64,000 bases of DNA from Perkinsus chesapeaki ATCC PRA-425 (taxonomy: Eukaryota > Protista > Perkinsozoa). The stretch is from assembly GCA_013115145.1 (NCBI GenBank), contig JAAPAO010000056.1, positions 1-64,000 of the forward strand, read 5' to 3'. The translations under genes were made by a program, and so were the position numbers. Positions 35,314 to 47,705 of the stretch are shown in pieces; the stretch's first letter is position 1, and each line of letters begins with the position of its first letter. The notes under the pieces are model-generated. The model was given only the letters and a program-made list of their open reading frames with translations. It searched no databases and had not been told where the DNA came from.

Positions 35314-38310
35314 ATGAGAGGAAAAGGTCAATGATAAAACTCTAAAACAGCAATCAATTGCCCAATTGTTGGACCCGTTCATTGCCATATACAGCTGAGA
35401 GTGTGATATGGAGCATCCTGGCGCATGACATCGATTCCACGAGGTACAGCTTCAGTAGTAATTTCACATGTAAGCACTCGCTTAAATTTTGGCATCCAGA
35501 ATCTGGGCCTCGGATTTGACCATCAGTAACGATTACTGTTGCGATGAATTTCTGTATCTGACCTCACGAACAAGGAGAATTGCTCGTTGAGCCTCGCCAA
35601 CTTTTCATTCCATGGAGCGTAGCTTCCGATGGCCCCAGACACTGTCTGGCAGACAGGGATATTAAAGTAGGCATTTAAGTTACTGAAGTCGCAACTGACA
35701 CCGTAGAAGCAGCAAGAATATAACTGCATGGTCGTCAAGAACTGAACAATTTATTTCTGAGCGTGTCCGTATCTTACTGAGCATCCCGTAGAATTTCGGC
35801 GCCCTCGGATTCACAAATGTGCTTCATGCGCCTACGAATAGGGGTACAGAGGCAGATATCCACTTCAGGCCGTCATGGACCGCGGTTTCCACTCGGCTTG
35901 TCGTCGATTGCTAGGGATCGCCGATTGCTTATGCTGAGTAATTTCTGGCGGTTCCGGCAATCCGGCTTGGTATTTGTGTCGCTTGTACTCAGCCGAGGCT
36001 GTGACAGCATCGTTGTCTATCCCCGAATTTCGTCAACCAGTTACGTTTCGGCCCGAGACTTCTGGGTTAAGATTTCCCGCATGTGGCCTGGTGTTGCCGC
36101 CGAAGCGAGTAGCTAAAAGCGAGAAGAACCAGATTCGGCTGTCGCCCTTCACAGAGGGTCAGTGAGCTACGGGGGTGTTTTTCCTGACGTGATCGGAGAA
36201 CCCTTCTCCTCCTGCCTCTCCACCGCTTGACCTGGCGTGTTTCCAGAAATGCAAAAGTGTGTTGAGGTCCTGAGCTCATGTGCAGAGGTTTTGTACGTAG
36301 GGAGTGCGCTATACGACCTTTGTGAGTCGTGAATCGTGACTATGACAGCCGGTCAAGCATGTCATAGTCACGGTTTGCGACTACCTGTCAGTGACAGGTG
36401 CTTCGGGCGTGGTTGCAAGCGCCGTAGAAATTTTCAGTTATGCCGCTGGGCAGTGATGGATATGATGGTTGAGTCGCATCCGAACCTTGGAAGCCTCGAG
36501 CTTCCTTTTGGAGGAATCCTCCAAGTAGTGCAATATACGGTCTATGGTGCTCCGTGTTTTGGTGCAGCAATTTCTTCTTTTTTGTTCGACAGGCATTGCC
36601 TGATGAATCCTACTTATCTGTCGGTGATCTCTAGATGTTACAAGTAGAGCAACAGCACTACCAGAGCTTCCAGCCCAAGCATGACCCAAGGCCAGGTTTT
36701 CCTGGTTAAATTTGGATGGCGTTGGGCTTCGGCCAGTCCTTAAAGTTTCGTACCAGATTGATGAGAATATACTAGTAGCTTGATAGATCTTAGCGTCCTC
36801 GAGCCTGGGACCTTGAGAGAACTTGGGAAGTAACCATATTTTATCTCGAGGAATTGGGACAGTCATACTCTTTTACCGGAGGGCGACAAATTGGCTCCAG
36901 TAAGGCGTCCGAAGCTACGTTTGCATAGGCTCGGACCTAGCTTTTCTTTAATGTCCACCATTAGCCCATTCAAAGCACGGGACGCTCACGGTAAACCACA
37001 GAGTTACGTGGAGCTTCTCAGTATGGCTGGGACAAGGCCAGCCCTCAACTGGACCGGACTCCAGGCCGTCGGGGGCGCACGACGGGAATATGATAGTGAT
37101 GCCAGGTAACTCGACATCGAATTGCCGAGCAAGTATCAGCAGATTGTAGGTCTTACGTTTTATCGTTGATGCCTAAGAGTTGCGACTGGGGGAAGAAACC
37201 AGTAGTCGGATATCCTCCTCAACAAACGAAGTCTACCCGCACGTCAAACAGCGCCATGCAGACGGGAATGCTACTGCCTTCACGAATGCCAGTAGTACTT
37301 CTGCAGGTCAGTATTCTACGCTTGGGACACATCTCACAAGTTTACGTCGGTAAGGTTCGTCCTATCGCAGATCCAGAGCAACATTCGGGCAGTCAAGGAG
37401 TGTTAGCTCACCATCAACCCATAACCGTATCCCTTATTGTTCGCCTTAATACTAAACGGAGGTCACCTTGGAACCTATATCTCCTTCGCATAAGCTGCAG
37501 TAACCGTGCAGGTTGAGTATCATCTGCAGCACCGCCTTCCGTGAGAAGGCGCATCTCTCCCAGAAATCCAAGGTCGCCAGCACGAACAGCACCAGCCTGC
37601 AGTACGTGGCAGTTGCTTTTTGACGATAACTACTTCGAAATGGCTTTACACGGCCACTCAAGAGCGTTGTGGCCAATAGAATAGGACGATGGCACGAGCC
37701 TGTTTGTTAGGGTTGCTCTCTCTGAAGTCACAAGTCTTCGCACATGGGGTAACATATTCATTGACCTCGGCGCCTTGTGCAACTGGCACTTGAACAACCG
37801 TGAGAATTATGAAGCACTAGAGAATATATGCCTTTCGGGCCCATGCCTGGTAAGTGTACGTAAATAATGACTGTGACACGTTGATACGGTATGATACATA
37901 TGATATAGGCGATCCTGTCATCTAATTCGGACTGCAGGTACGGAGAGTGGCAATGTGTCAGACTATTCCCAGGGAGCTCAACCGCGAGACAATTGAACTG
38001 CCTTCCAGTCTGGCATTCCACACAGGTGAAGGAGAGCCCACGTGCCAGATGGCAGTATGGCACATGCATGCTCTAATTCATTTCAGCTACTCCGGTATCA
38101 ACTATACAAATTGGCGTACCGTGTTCGAAAGAGCAAGCACGCCCCAGGAACCCCGCGGTTCCTTCCCACAGACTGGAGGACCGAAGAAAAAATTCAGGCC
38201 CCGAAGAGCGCCACGGAACTTTATCTCTACAAGTTTCTGGGGGGCCGGCTGCTAGGGCTTGCATCCGGAGCGGGAAGGCTCCGCAGGGCAGCTCTCGAAT
38301 TCAAGAAATA

Positions 38311-39648
38311 ATGAACAACATGGAGAACTCCACAATAAGATATGGGCGGGACAGTTCGACACTACTGGACGCCTGCAGATACCGATCCGAACATACAAAT
38401 CCCGCTGAGCCACGCGCCGCGGGAAATACGCCACATTCTGGAGTGAGGCGAGGGATACTAAATGATAATGCAACACCTAAAGTTCACAGACATGTTGGAG
38501 GGGAAATGCAGATATCGACTGAGCAGGAGGCGAGTGTGGGGACATCAACGGCACCGCTGGTGCGGACTCGGGACGCCGCAACGTCATTATTTTCTAATAG
38601 TGGATCTGGTCAGCTCTTGGAAAGCATTGAACAAAGCAGTGGCTCAAGTGGCCGGGATTCGGTTGCTGGAACGCCACCACGGGCTACACCGAAGTCTACG
38701 CGATCGCCAATTGACCCCAATATTACCGCGGACTACAACACCGTTGATGAGGAGGCATCGAAGTTCGTTCATGGCTACAAGAAAACAGACAGTCTCACAA
38801 AGAGTGCATTCAATGGAACAGCTGGGAAAACATCACAGGTTCGAGACACCATAGAAGCAACTGGCGGTGAGAGTGAGGAAATAAAACCACGTGAGGGTAC
38901 CGCAGATGAATCAAGTGAAGTGTCGGTAGAGCAGCATGAAGGCAAGGTGATGACATGCAACACTGCAGAGAGCGAACGACAAAACAACCAAGAGACTACC
39001 GTTGTTGTACTATTTGGGAAGTGTGGGCAGCCAGAAATACACGCGGGCACCTCGGATACAATTAAAAGGGATGTCGAAGAAGCCGAATTGCACGAAGGTA
39101 GCGTAGATGGTGGTCATACCGACGAGAAGGGTTTAAATCACAACAGCTGTTGCGATAATGACTGCGAGATAGAGGATGAAGAATCTAACCTTGAAGATGC
39201 TCCACAAGTGGTTGAGTGGATACCCGCCTCATCTGGTGCACAGTGCATGATCGATCCCAACTCCACCGTAAAAGAGCGTATTCCTGTAGAACGGATTCCC
39301 GAGTCTCCCCGAGCATCTGGAAAAGTACGTGTCCCGAAGATCGCAGAAGAGCCAGAGAGCGACACGCGAGACGGTCGCTCCACAATGACGGACATCGCAC
39401 AAGCTTCAGCCAGGCAGGGTCCTTCGCAAGGAGCAGTTCTTTGGAAGGCTCACGCTCGCGAGTCCATCCACATTGAAGCCTCGTCAAGTTCGAGCAGCGA
39501 AGATCTGAAATGTATTGACGATTTATTTGCATCACTTCATGCGGCTATGCGTGCAATCGATGGATTCGAGAATAAGAGCCCCAGTCGCGCCCTTCGCGAA
39601 AGCGATGGAAATGTTAGATTCTCTTTGAGCAGCTGCGAGGGAATTTGA
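38311..39648 (+). CDS. 445-aa uninterrupted acidic, Ser/Thr/Glu-rich (probably disordered) protein or large exon
   Basis: A 1338-nt open frame, too long for chance. A short predicted helix near the C-terminus reads DLKCIDDLFASLHAAMRAIDGF. Confidence 0.65.
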   Translation: MNNMENSTIRYGRDSSTLLDACRYRSEHTNPAEPRAAGNTPHSGVRRGILNDNATPKVHRHVGGEMQISTEQEASVGTSTAPLVRTRDAATSLFSNSGSGQLLESIEQSSGSSGRDSVAGTPPRATPKSTRSPIDPNITADYNTVDEEASKFVHGYKKTDSLTKSAFNGTAGKTSQVRDTIEATGGESEEIKPREGTADESSEVSVEQHEGKVMTCNTAESERQNNQETTVVVLFGKCGQPEIHAGTSDTIKRDVEEAELHEGSVDGGHTDEKGLNHNSCCDNDCEIEDEESNLEDAPQVVEWIPASSGAQCMIDPNSTVKERIPVERIPESPRASGKVRVPKIAEEPESDTRDGRSTMTDIAQASARQGPSQGAVLWKAHARESIHIEASSSSSSEDLKCIDDLFASLHAAMRAIDGFENKSPSRALRESDGNVRFSLSSCEGI

Positions 39649-39777
39649 TGCAGATCGCTGCCGAATGTAGCAAAAGTTTACCGTCAACCTTTGGATGTTG
39701 AGCTCAGAGTTGCCGGAAGTATAATATTGGTTAACAGTATAAATTGGTGAGACCGTCTCACTGAGTCGCACTACGTT

Positions 39778-41659
39778 CTAACTTTAACCCGTGAGATTTC
39801 CGTTCCCTGTATTATAGCGAAGCCCAGTCGGCATATTGGATCGCAGACTGCGACTCGCAGTTTCGTTTAGGTCAGTTTACTGGCAGTAAACAAACTTGTC
39901 CCACCATTTTGGACGCCAATTTCGATCCCCGGGACTACAATCTGTTCAGCTTTGACAGTAAGCAAAGTTTGCTTAAACTACGGATTCATTGTAGTAGCTG
40001 TAGTCCAACGTCTTCAAATGCTCTACATTAACGACTTCGTTGATGAGCATGACAGGGGCATAAAGATGAAACACGAGGGTCTCATACCAACCGCCTCTGA
40101 CTGAGTGGCAGTACATGCGCACCTGAAAGACTACTTCCCCCGTCGTTGTTGAAAGATTGACAATGAAGACGAACAGAATAGTTGGAAAAGTCATGCCTGG
40201 AATAAGCCTGGACAAGAAAGTCCACAGAGTTGAAAGCATTAGTATCTAGTCAGCAACCTAATAGCTTCAGGAATTATAGCTATAATAGAATACAGCTTAG
40301 CGCTTTATTAGGTAACAGACTGTTACAGTCAATCGCGCAATAAATCACCATAGCAATAGCACAGCCGCCTCCTCAGAATCAAATATACAATGATTGATGC
40401 CATAACCAAATATATCTCGAACCACTTCGAGAAACTTGAGATATGTTTGTTTCTCCTTGTTAGGAAGAACGACAAGAATAACAGGAATCATTCTACCAGA
40501 ATAATGTCTCTATAAAATAGTATATTGTTGATACCAAAACGTAGGCGCTTTCTCGAAAGTTCCATCACCGAAATATGTATTTCCGGAGTTGACGACACGA
40601 CACTATCGACAGTATTTTGATCACACCAGACTAAAATCCGGTCTGCATCCTCGGATCCGGAATCGAATACAAGAGTCTGACGGATCTCAGAACCCAAGAA
40701 AGCACAAGAGTATCTTTCCGGGATGTCGAAACCACAGCGAGACTTCGGATTTAGAGGGGCGTCCAAAACTCTCAACTCGTACTGCACCAGCCTTTCAATC
40801 ACAGAAACTGATTTACCCAATTCGACCACATGTGGCTCAGGCACTAGACCCCACAGAGGTCACCTCATCGTATGCATCACACGGCTTCCTCTCAGACTGA
40901 GATACTGAGAGTCTCAGTATCCGACGCAACCAGTGCTTCATTCACATGAATCATTACCACTCTTGCCAATGCATTACACGGACCACATGAGTGACGAACA
41001 ATCTTCACGGCATTGTTCACCACCAGGAGGAGCCGTTCAGGCTGCCGGCAACCACTAGCCTGCCCTTGTAGTCCGGAAAGGCTGCTTTTTGGCTGCCTTT
41101 GAGGGCACAGCGCCAGTTGCTCACTTGCTTCTCGGCATCATACCTGTCCTTTCGATAGGTGTATCCATTATAGATGATCATGGGGTAACCACAATTGGTA
41201 GGAGCGAAGTGAAGTCTGTGATCTGTCATGGCTTACTGCGAGAGATTGCAGAAAAAACAACACTACCTAGACCATATATGAATACAGGCTGTATTATACA
41301 GGTTATTTCCCCAGTGGGGAAACCCCACATTAAATTTTGCGAATGAAATAATAAATACGCAAAGATTTTATTGCGGCAAGTATGTTTGACATACTATTAT
41401 GGCTATTATGTTACTATGACCAGCATATTAACCTACTAGCACACAACGGCGTGATACAAAATCCCATACCCTGATAAAGCCTATTCACTGGTCTAATGTA
41501 TGCCTATATATATATCGATGTCTATCTTGTGCCGCTGATATATTGATATGTTAAGCGGCATCTGTCTGTCACGAATCGATCCGCTTAAATCAGAAGATTT
41601 ACCCATGTACTCGTAAGCGATATTACAGTTCGAAAATAAAAGTTAGCGGTTAGGGTTAG
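39778..41659 (-). mobile_element. Decayed MULE (Mutator-like) DNA transposon
   Basis: FLYWCH-like IIYNGYTYRKDR..NWRC..GRL (41017-41229); LVFDSG..DRILVW, then frameshifted DGTFEKAPTFWYQQYTI (first catalytic Asp at ~40555-40566); many stops. Possible degenerate terminal motifs at 39778-39790 and 41648-41659. Confidence 0.78.
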
Positions 41660-42069
41660 ACCACCGGAAATTTTCTAAAGCTTGGATTTGGAGTTACCCA
41701 CAAATTTCTGATCGATGTTAAGAATCATATTCGACCGAAAACTCATTAAGATCGTCGTTTTGACCAGTCGGCATCTTTCAGAGTTCCTTCCGCAAACACT
41801 GGGAAACTCAACATTATTTGACTAGTGGCGTGCCTGAAACCATCAACTGCTATACCTAACATCCCTGTGATATACAATTCCTACTACACAATAACACGAG
41901 GATAATAGAGAGCAGGAGATTGAAGAGAAACAGAAACGGCAATGATGCAGGAACAGCCAATGCTAGATACGACGAAGTGTACCAAATTCACAGAGATGAA
42001 CACTCGGCTTGCGAGGGGTTTGACGGACTACTGGGGACAAAGACTAGATAAAGGAATAGAGAATATGGC

Positions 42070-43550
42070 CTAGAAAGTAACAATAGACTCATAACCACCC
42101 ACTACGATCATCAATACACTCAAGGCCATCATGGCGAAGAGAATAGTAAGCTCTATCCTACTGGACTTCCACACAGTCATAAACGAACCTTCATTGAGGA
42201 CACGCATTCTTATATAGAAGATACCAGGAAGTATGCCTGCCATAGCTGTCATAGTGAAAACACTTAGCAGGTCTATGAGCTTCTGGACACTAGGAACAAC
42301 AATAGCGATAACAAGAGTAATCAACACTAGTATAGTGCGTACAGTGATACGCTTGATAGTCGGTACCATTCCCTTGGCCTCCTCTGGGTCATCTACCCGG
42401 TATGGAAGAAGTGGTAATAACAGATACTCCAACGAGGCGGCGATAGGGAACAATAATACAATGTAATGAGGAAAGCATAGACATATAAGTGAAATGACAC
42501 ATGTGTATCCCCAACCATCTAAACCTCCTGTAGGGGGTGCAATCCGATCAATAATGGGAACATTCACCAACGAGTTGCCGTAACCGAAATAGCCACATCC
42601 AGCAATGCCGCCGTAGATCACAAAAATGCACAAGTACGAGACAGTGGCAACTTTCGGTAATGCACTTGGTGTTTTCATATCCCGAATGAGGGTAGCAAGC
42701 ACGTTGGTGACATGGTATGAGAGCATCGCATTGCCAAAGGAAACGCCGAATTCTAGAGGATTCCATATCCACCAGTCATAGTCGATCTCTTCATCGGTAG
42801 TGACTCCATTGGTGATACCGTTGACAACGATAAGAATGAACAAGACAATAAGGGCCGCCATGCCGAATGCGGATACATAGGAAACTTCATTAAGCGATTT
42901 GAGCCATGTTAGAGGCCAGCAGATCGCTGCCCATATGCAGCACCACACCTTACTAGACAGACCAGCCATTGGAATTAACTTCTGAGTGTTTTCTCCCAAC
43001 AGCAACAATAAAGTAGAGCAGCAACCAGTCATAGTAATATGAACTATTCCAGCAGTGAGAACAGCGCCTATGGGACCAAAGCATACATAACCAAGCTGTT
43101 CATAGGTGTTGATGGGTTCTCCTTTAGGGTGACTTGTATAAGCTACATAAATCTTTCCTACCATATGGTTGGATATTACAGCCACAATAAAGAGAATAAG
43201 TAAACCACCAAACCAGCCGCAGTTTGCGAATGTAGTAGGCAACATAATAACGCCAATGCCTAACAAAGATACATATCAAAACCACCTTTGAATGGGAGAT
43301 GCTTACCAATTGCCGTTAGAATTAGATTAAATACAGATCTTATATTACTGCACTTCCCTTGAGGTGCCGTTGAAGGATTAGTAGTTTCTAGATCAGCAGA
43401 AGTAGCCTTAGAGGTAACGTCGGTGGTGTCAGTATTGGCGGTGGTAGTAGTGGCACTAGTCTCAGAGAGTGTCACCTCCTGGGTGAATATCTCCGAATCG
43501 CTTGAAGCATGATGCTGTTTTTTGAAGTACCCAAGACACGTACCGGCCAT
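42070..43550 (-). CDS. Amino acid transporter (AAAP/Aa_trans family) copy A; exons 43550-43307 and 43259-42070
   Basis: KCSNIRSVFNLILTAIG|IGVIMLP..CGW.GG, INTYEQLG, SFGNAMLSY, GYFGYG; about 10-11 hydrophobic segments; single phase-1 intron. Confidence 0.95.
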
Positions 43551-43994
43551 ACACAAAGAGAGGGGGAATCAGCGTTCCCACCGTTATTCGTCTCAACTAA
43601 AAAGTCAATATCATCTTCGAGCTCGCAAGAGACTCCTATGGCTCCAGAGCACAAAATGCCGCTAGCTCCAGAAGGTGGTGAAGGTGAACTCAAGACGTGG
43701 GGTGGATATTAGCTATAGAAACGATACCTGATATCAAACTTGAAAGGAACGTCAGATGGTGCCCGCACGGCATCGTCTAGGCTATTCGCTAGCTAGCTGA
43801 TAGGAGACATGAACTTTTAAGGAGTATAAACAGCAGTAGATAGGATTCGTCTTCAGTTCGTGAAGTCGAGGAAGTAAAATGCTTCGCTCAAATCGCCAGC
43901 ACAGCGAATGATCTTCGTACTTGAAACGGAACAAGAGGCAGAACGTTCCGTCCCGGAACATGGGGGCCAGTTCTGCCATAAATGAGATTGAAGA

Positions 43995-45392
43995 TTAGAA
44001 ATCAACAATCGACTTATAACCACCGGCTCCCATAACTAATAGACAAAGGAGAGTGAGAGCACACAGAAGGCACATTTCCAGTCGATGAGCCTTCCATACA
44101 GCCTTCAATGAACCCTCGTTGTATACACGTATCTTTGTATAGAACAGAGCAGGGAGGACTCCAGCCATAGCGATCATGGTAAAGACACCCATAAGATTTA
44201 TCAACTTGTCTACACTTGGAACGACAATAGCGATAACAAGGGTGATGGCTACCAGCACAGTGCGTGCTACGATTCTCTTTATGAGATCGCGCTTTGCCGT
44301 GCTATCGACATCGATGTTAACAGCGTACTCGAGAGAGGCAGCAATAGGCATGAGGATGACCAGATAATGAGGGAAGGCCAGTAGGAGCATGGCGATCACT
44401 GCAACGTAACCCCATGCATCTAATGGCTGACCAGCCGGAGCAATACTGTTCATGATTGGAACTTCAATCAGATTCCGTCCATATCCGTAGTAACCACAAG
44501 CTCCAACGCCAACGTAGATAACGAAGACGATCAGCAAGCCTGCCGATGCGGTCTTCGGGAAGGCTGATGGGGTGATCATCTCACGGATGAGGGTGGGTGT
44601 AGCACTAGCCATCTGGTAGGAGAGAATAGCGTTACCGAATGACACAGCCCAAGTGAGGGCGTCTCCGTTGAAGAGATCATACTGGATGACCTCATCAGTG
44701 GTGATACCGTTCTCGATACCTTTGGCGGCGATGATAATGAAAAGCGCAATGACGCCTATCAAACCAACCATCGCAACATAGGAAATCTCCTTTAGAGATC
44801 TCAACCAAGAAAGGGGGAGGCATATGCAAGCCCAAATGACGCACCATACAGTAACAGAGAGCTGCGGTGCTAGCTTTTGGGTGTTCTCGCCTAATAACAG
44901 AAGTAATGTGGCGCAAACACCAGTCATAGTCACGTGCACTATAAGGGCGGTAACGATCTGGCCAACACGACCGTAGCAAACTCTGCCGAGCTCCTCGTAT
45001 GTATTAATAGGATCACCTTTTGGATGATTCGTAACAGCTTGATACAACTTGCAGACCATATAGTCCGAGAGAGCGGCGGCGACAAATAAAACCAAAATAC
45101 CACCGATCCAACCACAAGTGGCCATAACAGTAGGCAAAGTAATAACGCCCAAACCTGATAGGAAATTACCATAACAAGCGTACAAATGAGGAAAGCACTT
45201 ACCGATAGCCGTGAGCACAATGTTGACGATGGAACGAATGTTGGAACACTTATGGGAGTTGTCTTCCTCATTCGATTCTCCGGCGTTGGCCTTGGAATCA
45301 GACCAATCGCTGCTGGTAGTAGAGTCCTCTGAAAGATTTAAAGAAGCCATAGAGCCTTGGTGATGTTGTTGTTGCTTATCAGCGAGGCTCAT
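43995..45392 (-). CDS. Amino acid transporter copy B; exons 45392-45203 and 45154-43995 (48-nt in-frame intron)
   Basis: Same motifs and the same intron position (TAIG|LGVITLP) as the other copies. Confidence 0.95.
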   Translation of the reverse strand: MSLADKQQQHHQGSMASLNLSEDSTTSSDWSDSKANAGESNEEDNSHKCSNIRSIVNIVLTAIGKCFPHLYACYGNFLSGLGVITLPTVMATCGWIGGILVLFVAAALSDYMVCKLYQAVTNHPKGDPINTYEELGRVCYGRVGQIVTALIVHVTMTGVCATLLLLLGENTQKLAPQLSVTVWCVIWACICLPLSWLRSLKEISYVAMVGLIGVIALFIIIAAKGIENGITTDEVIQYDLFNGDALTWAVSFGNAILSYQMASATPTLIREMITPSAFPKTASAGLLIVFVIYVGVGACGYYGYGRNLIEVPIMNSIAPAGQPLDAWGYVAVIAMLLLAFPHYLVILMPIAASLEYAVNIDVDSTAKRDLIKRIVARTVLVAITLVIAIVVPSVDKLINLMGVFTMIAMAGVLPALFYTKIRVYNEGSLKAVWKAHRLEMCLLCALTLLCLLVMGAGGYKSIVDF

Positions 45393-46049
45393 ACGGCCAC
45401 GAAGCAAAAGAAAAGAAGAAACGCTCAAACTGGAATGATAGCCCACTACTAACCAGAAGTTCTGGTCCAGAACGACAAGTGACATCTAGCCTGGACAAAA
45501 CCATATCTGCTAGGAAGTTGACGACGGGAAAACACCAAACTTTGCCCCCGTGAGGTATTTATTGATTTTGCTATAAATGGCAAAACTTGTACGAGCGATT
45601 AGTGGGACACAGGTGCACCAGTGGATCAGTCCCCTCAGAACATCAGGCCTAACGCGAGACGAATAATGGAGTAGAGTTAATGTAGGAAACGGTAGCTCAG
45701 AGGAAGGAGCATGAAACCCGCACGGTAACACTCTCGATGGCTCAGAAAACCGAACCGGAAAAGGAACATTATGGTACGAGCAGCCCTCCTCTATGGCTAG
45801 CTACTCGAAGGATAACGTAAGAGGAGATGGAGGCTACACGCAGAAAGGGATTAGATAGGCTGCTATCGGCCCCGCTAGAGCTAACGAGATCTGAATGAAC
45901 AGGAACAGAACTGTGAACCGGGATCGCAAGGGACGCCGGCTCGAGAGTATATAACATAGGGATCTGGTTAGTTCTCCCTCGCGGAACTTATTAGCTGTTA
46001 AAAGACTTGGTCAAAGAATGAGAATATCGAGGACGGCGGCCTTTTCGCC

Positions 46050-47458
46050 TTAGAAGTTAACAATAGCGACGTAGCCTCCTGCTCCCATTAGTAGTAGGCA
46101 GAGGAGGGTTAAGATAAGCATAGTAGACATTTCAATCCAGTTGGACTTAATCACAGCCATTAGAGATCCTTTATTCAGGACTTTCATCCTAACATAGAAG
46201 AGGGCAGGCAGAATAGCAGCCATAGCGATAACGGTGAAGACGCTCATAAGGTCGATAAGGTTGTTTACACTAGGAACAGTAATAGCGATAACAAGGGTGA
46301 TAGCCACCAGAAAAGTTCTAGCCAGCGCTCTCTTAATGAAGTCGCGCTTTGACGAGCTGTTAATATCCACCTTAATAACGTACTCAAGTGAGGCAGCAAT
46401 AGGCATTAGTAGGACGAGATAGTGGGGGAAGGCCAGAGCTAACATGGATATCACCAGAGCATAGCCCCAAGCATTCAGAGGCTCATCGGCTGGTGCAATG
46501 CTGTCGAGAATCGGCACTTCGATAAGGTCCCGTCCGTAGCCGTAGTAGCCACATGCTCCTACACCAACATAGATAGCAAACACTATGAAGAAACTCACAG
46601 TTGCAACCTTGGGAAAGGCCGACGGGGTCTTCATTTCTCGTAGCAGATTAGGAGTGGCACTGGCTATCTGGTAGGAGAGAACCGCGTTACCTATCGATAT
46701 AGCCCAATTGAGGGGGTCATTGCTGATAAGGTCGTACTGGATGTCCTCATCAGTGGTGATGCCGTTCTCGATACCTTTGGCGGCGATGATAATGAAAACG
46801 GCAATGATGCCGAGGAGGCCAACCAGCGCAACATAGGACAAATCCTTCAGAGATCGAATCCACGACAGAGGCGTGCAGACGGCAGCCCAGATGACGCACC
46901 ATACAGTAACAGAGAGCTGCGGTGCTAGCTTTTGGGTGTTCTCGCCTAGTAACAGAAGTAGCGTGGAGCAAACACCAATCATAGTGACGTGCACTATAAG
47001 GGCGGTAACGATCTGGCCAACACGACCGTAGCAAACTCTGCCGAGCTCTTCGTAGGTATTAATAGGATCACCTTTTGGATGATTCGTAACAGCTTGATAC
47101 AACTTCCAGACCATATAGTCCGAGAGAGCGGCACCAAAGAATAGGACAATAACGCCACCGATCCAGCCACACTTCGCCATGACGGTCGGGAGGGTGATGA
47201 CGCCCAAACCTGAAATAAAACGAAATCGAACCCGATACCTCGCGCAAGAAAGTCCAACGACTAAACCACTACGCCGTTCATCTTACCGATAGCTGTGAGA
47301 ATGATATTCAAAATTGATCGAAGGTTAGAGCATTTTCCCTCATCAGGATCGTCCATCACGGGAATGCTAGGCTTGCTGTCCAGGCTGTCCTCCTCAGCTA
47401 CTGAGGATGCAGTCCGAATAGTAGTAGTAGGAGAGTCAGATAGATTCATCTGGCTCAT
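46050..47458 (-). CDS. Amino acid transporter copy C; exons 47458-47287 and 47209-46050
   Basis: KCSNLRSILNIILTAIG|LGVITLP; full transmembrane core. Confidence 0.95.
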
Positions 47459-47705
47459 TATGGCCGTTAATAAGAACAACTACCGATATCTACTTCGCAA
47501 ATGCACTGCAACGCAACAACATCCTAATTTGATAAAACCTATAATTGTCGGGCCTCCACGTGGTACCGATTGCACCGAAGTTATAGCAGACAGAAAGATA
47601 CGATCTTGGGTAATGTATAAGGCCTAGTGGAGGTTTCGGAAACATATTGGAGAAGCGTGTTGACGCTACCAGTAATACGGGTTAGAACATTCTAGGGAAT
47701 CGGAC

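Noticed and set aside
36438-37330. Minus-strand fragments that might derive from a retroelement
   Set aside because: No RT (YxDD), RNase H, integrase or tyrosine-recombinase motif could be identified.
43995-45485. 496-aa single ORF from the ORF track
   Set aside because: It includes an in-frame intron and a non-ATG upstream extension. The two-exon model from 45392 matches the paralogs.
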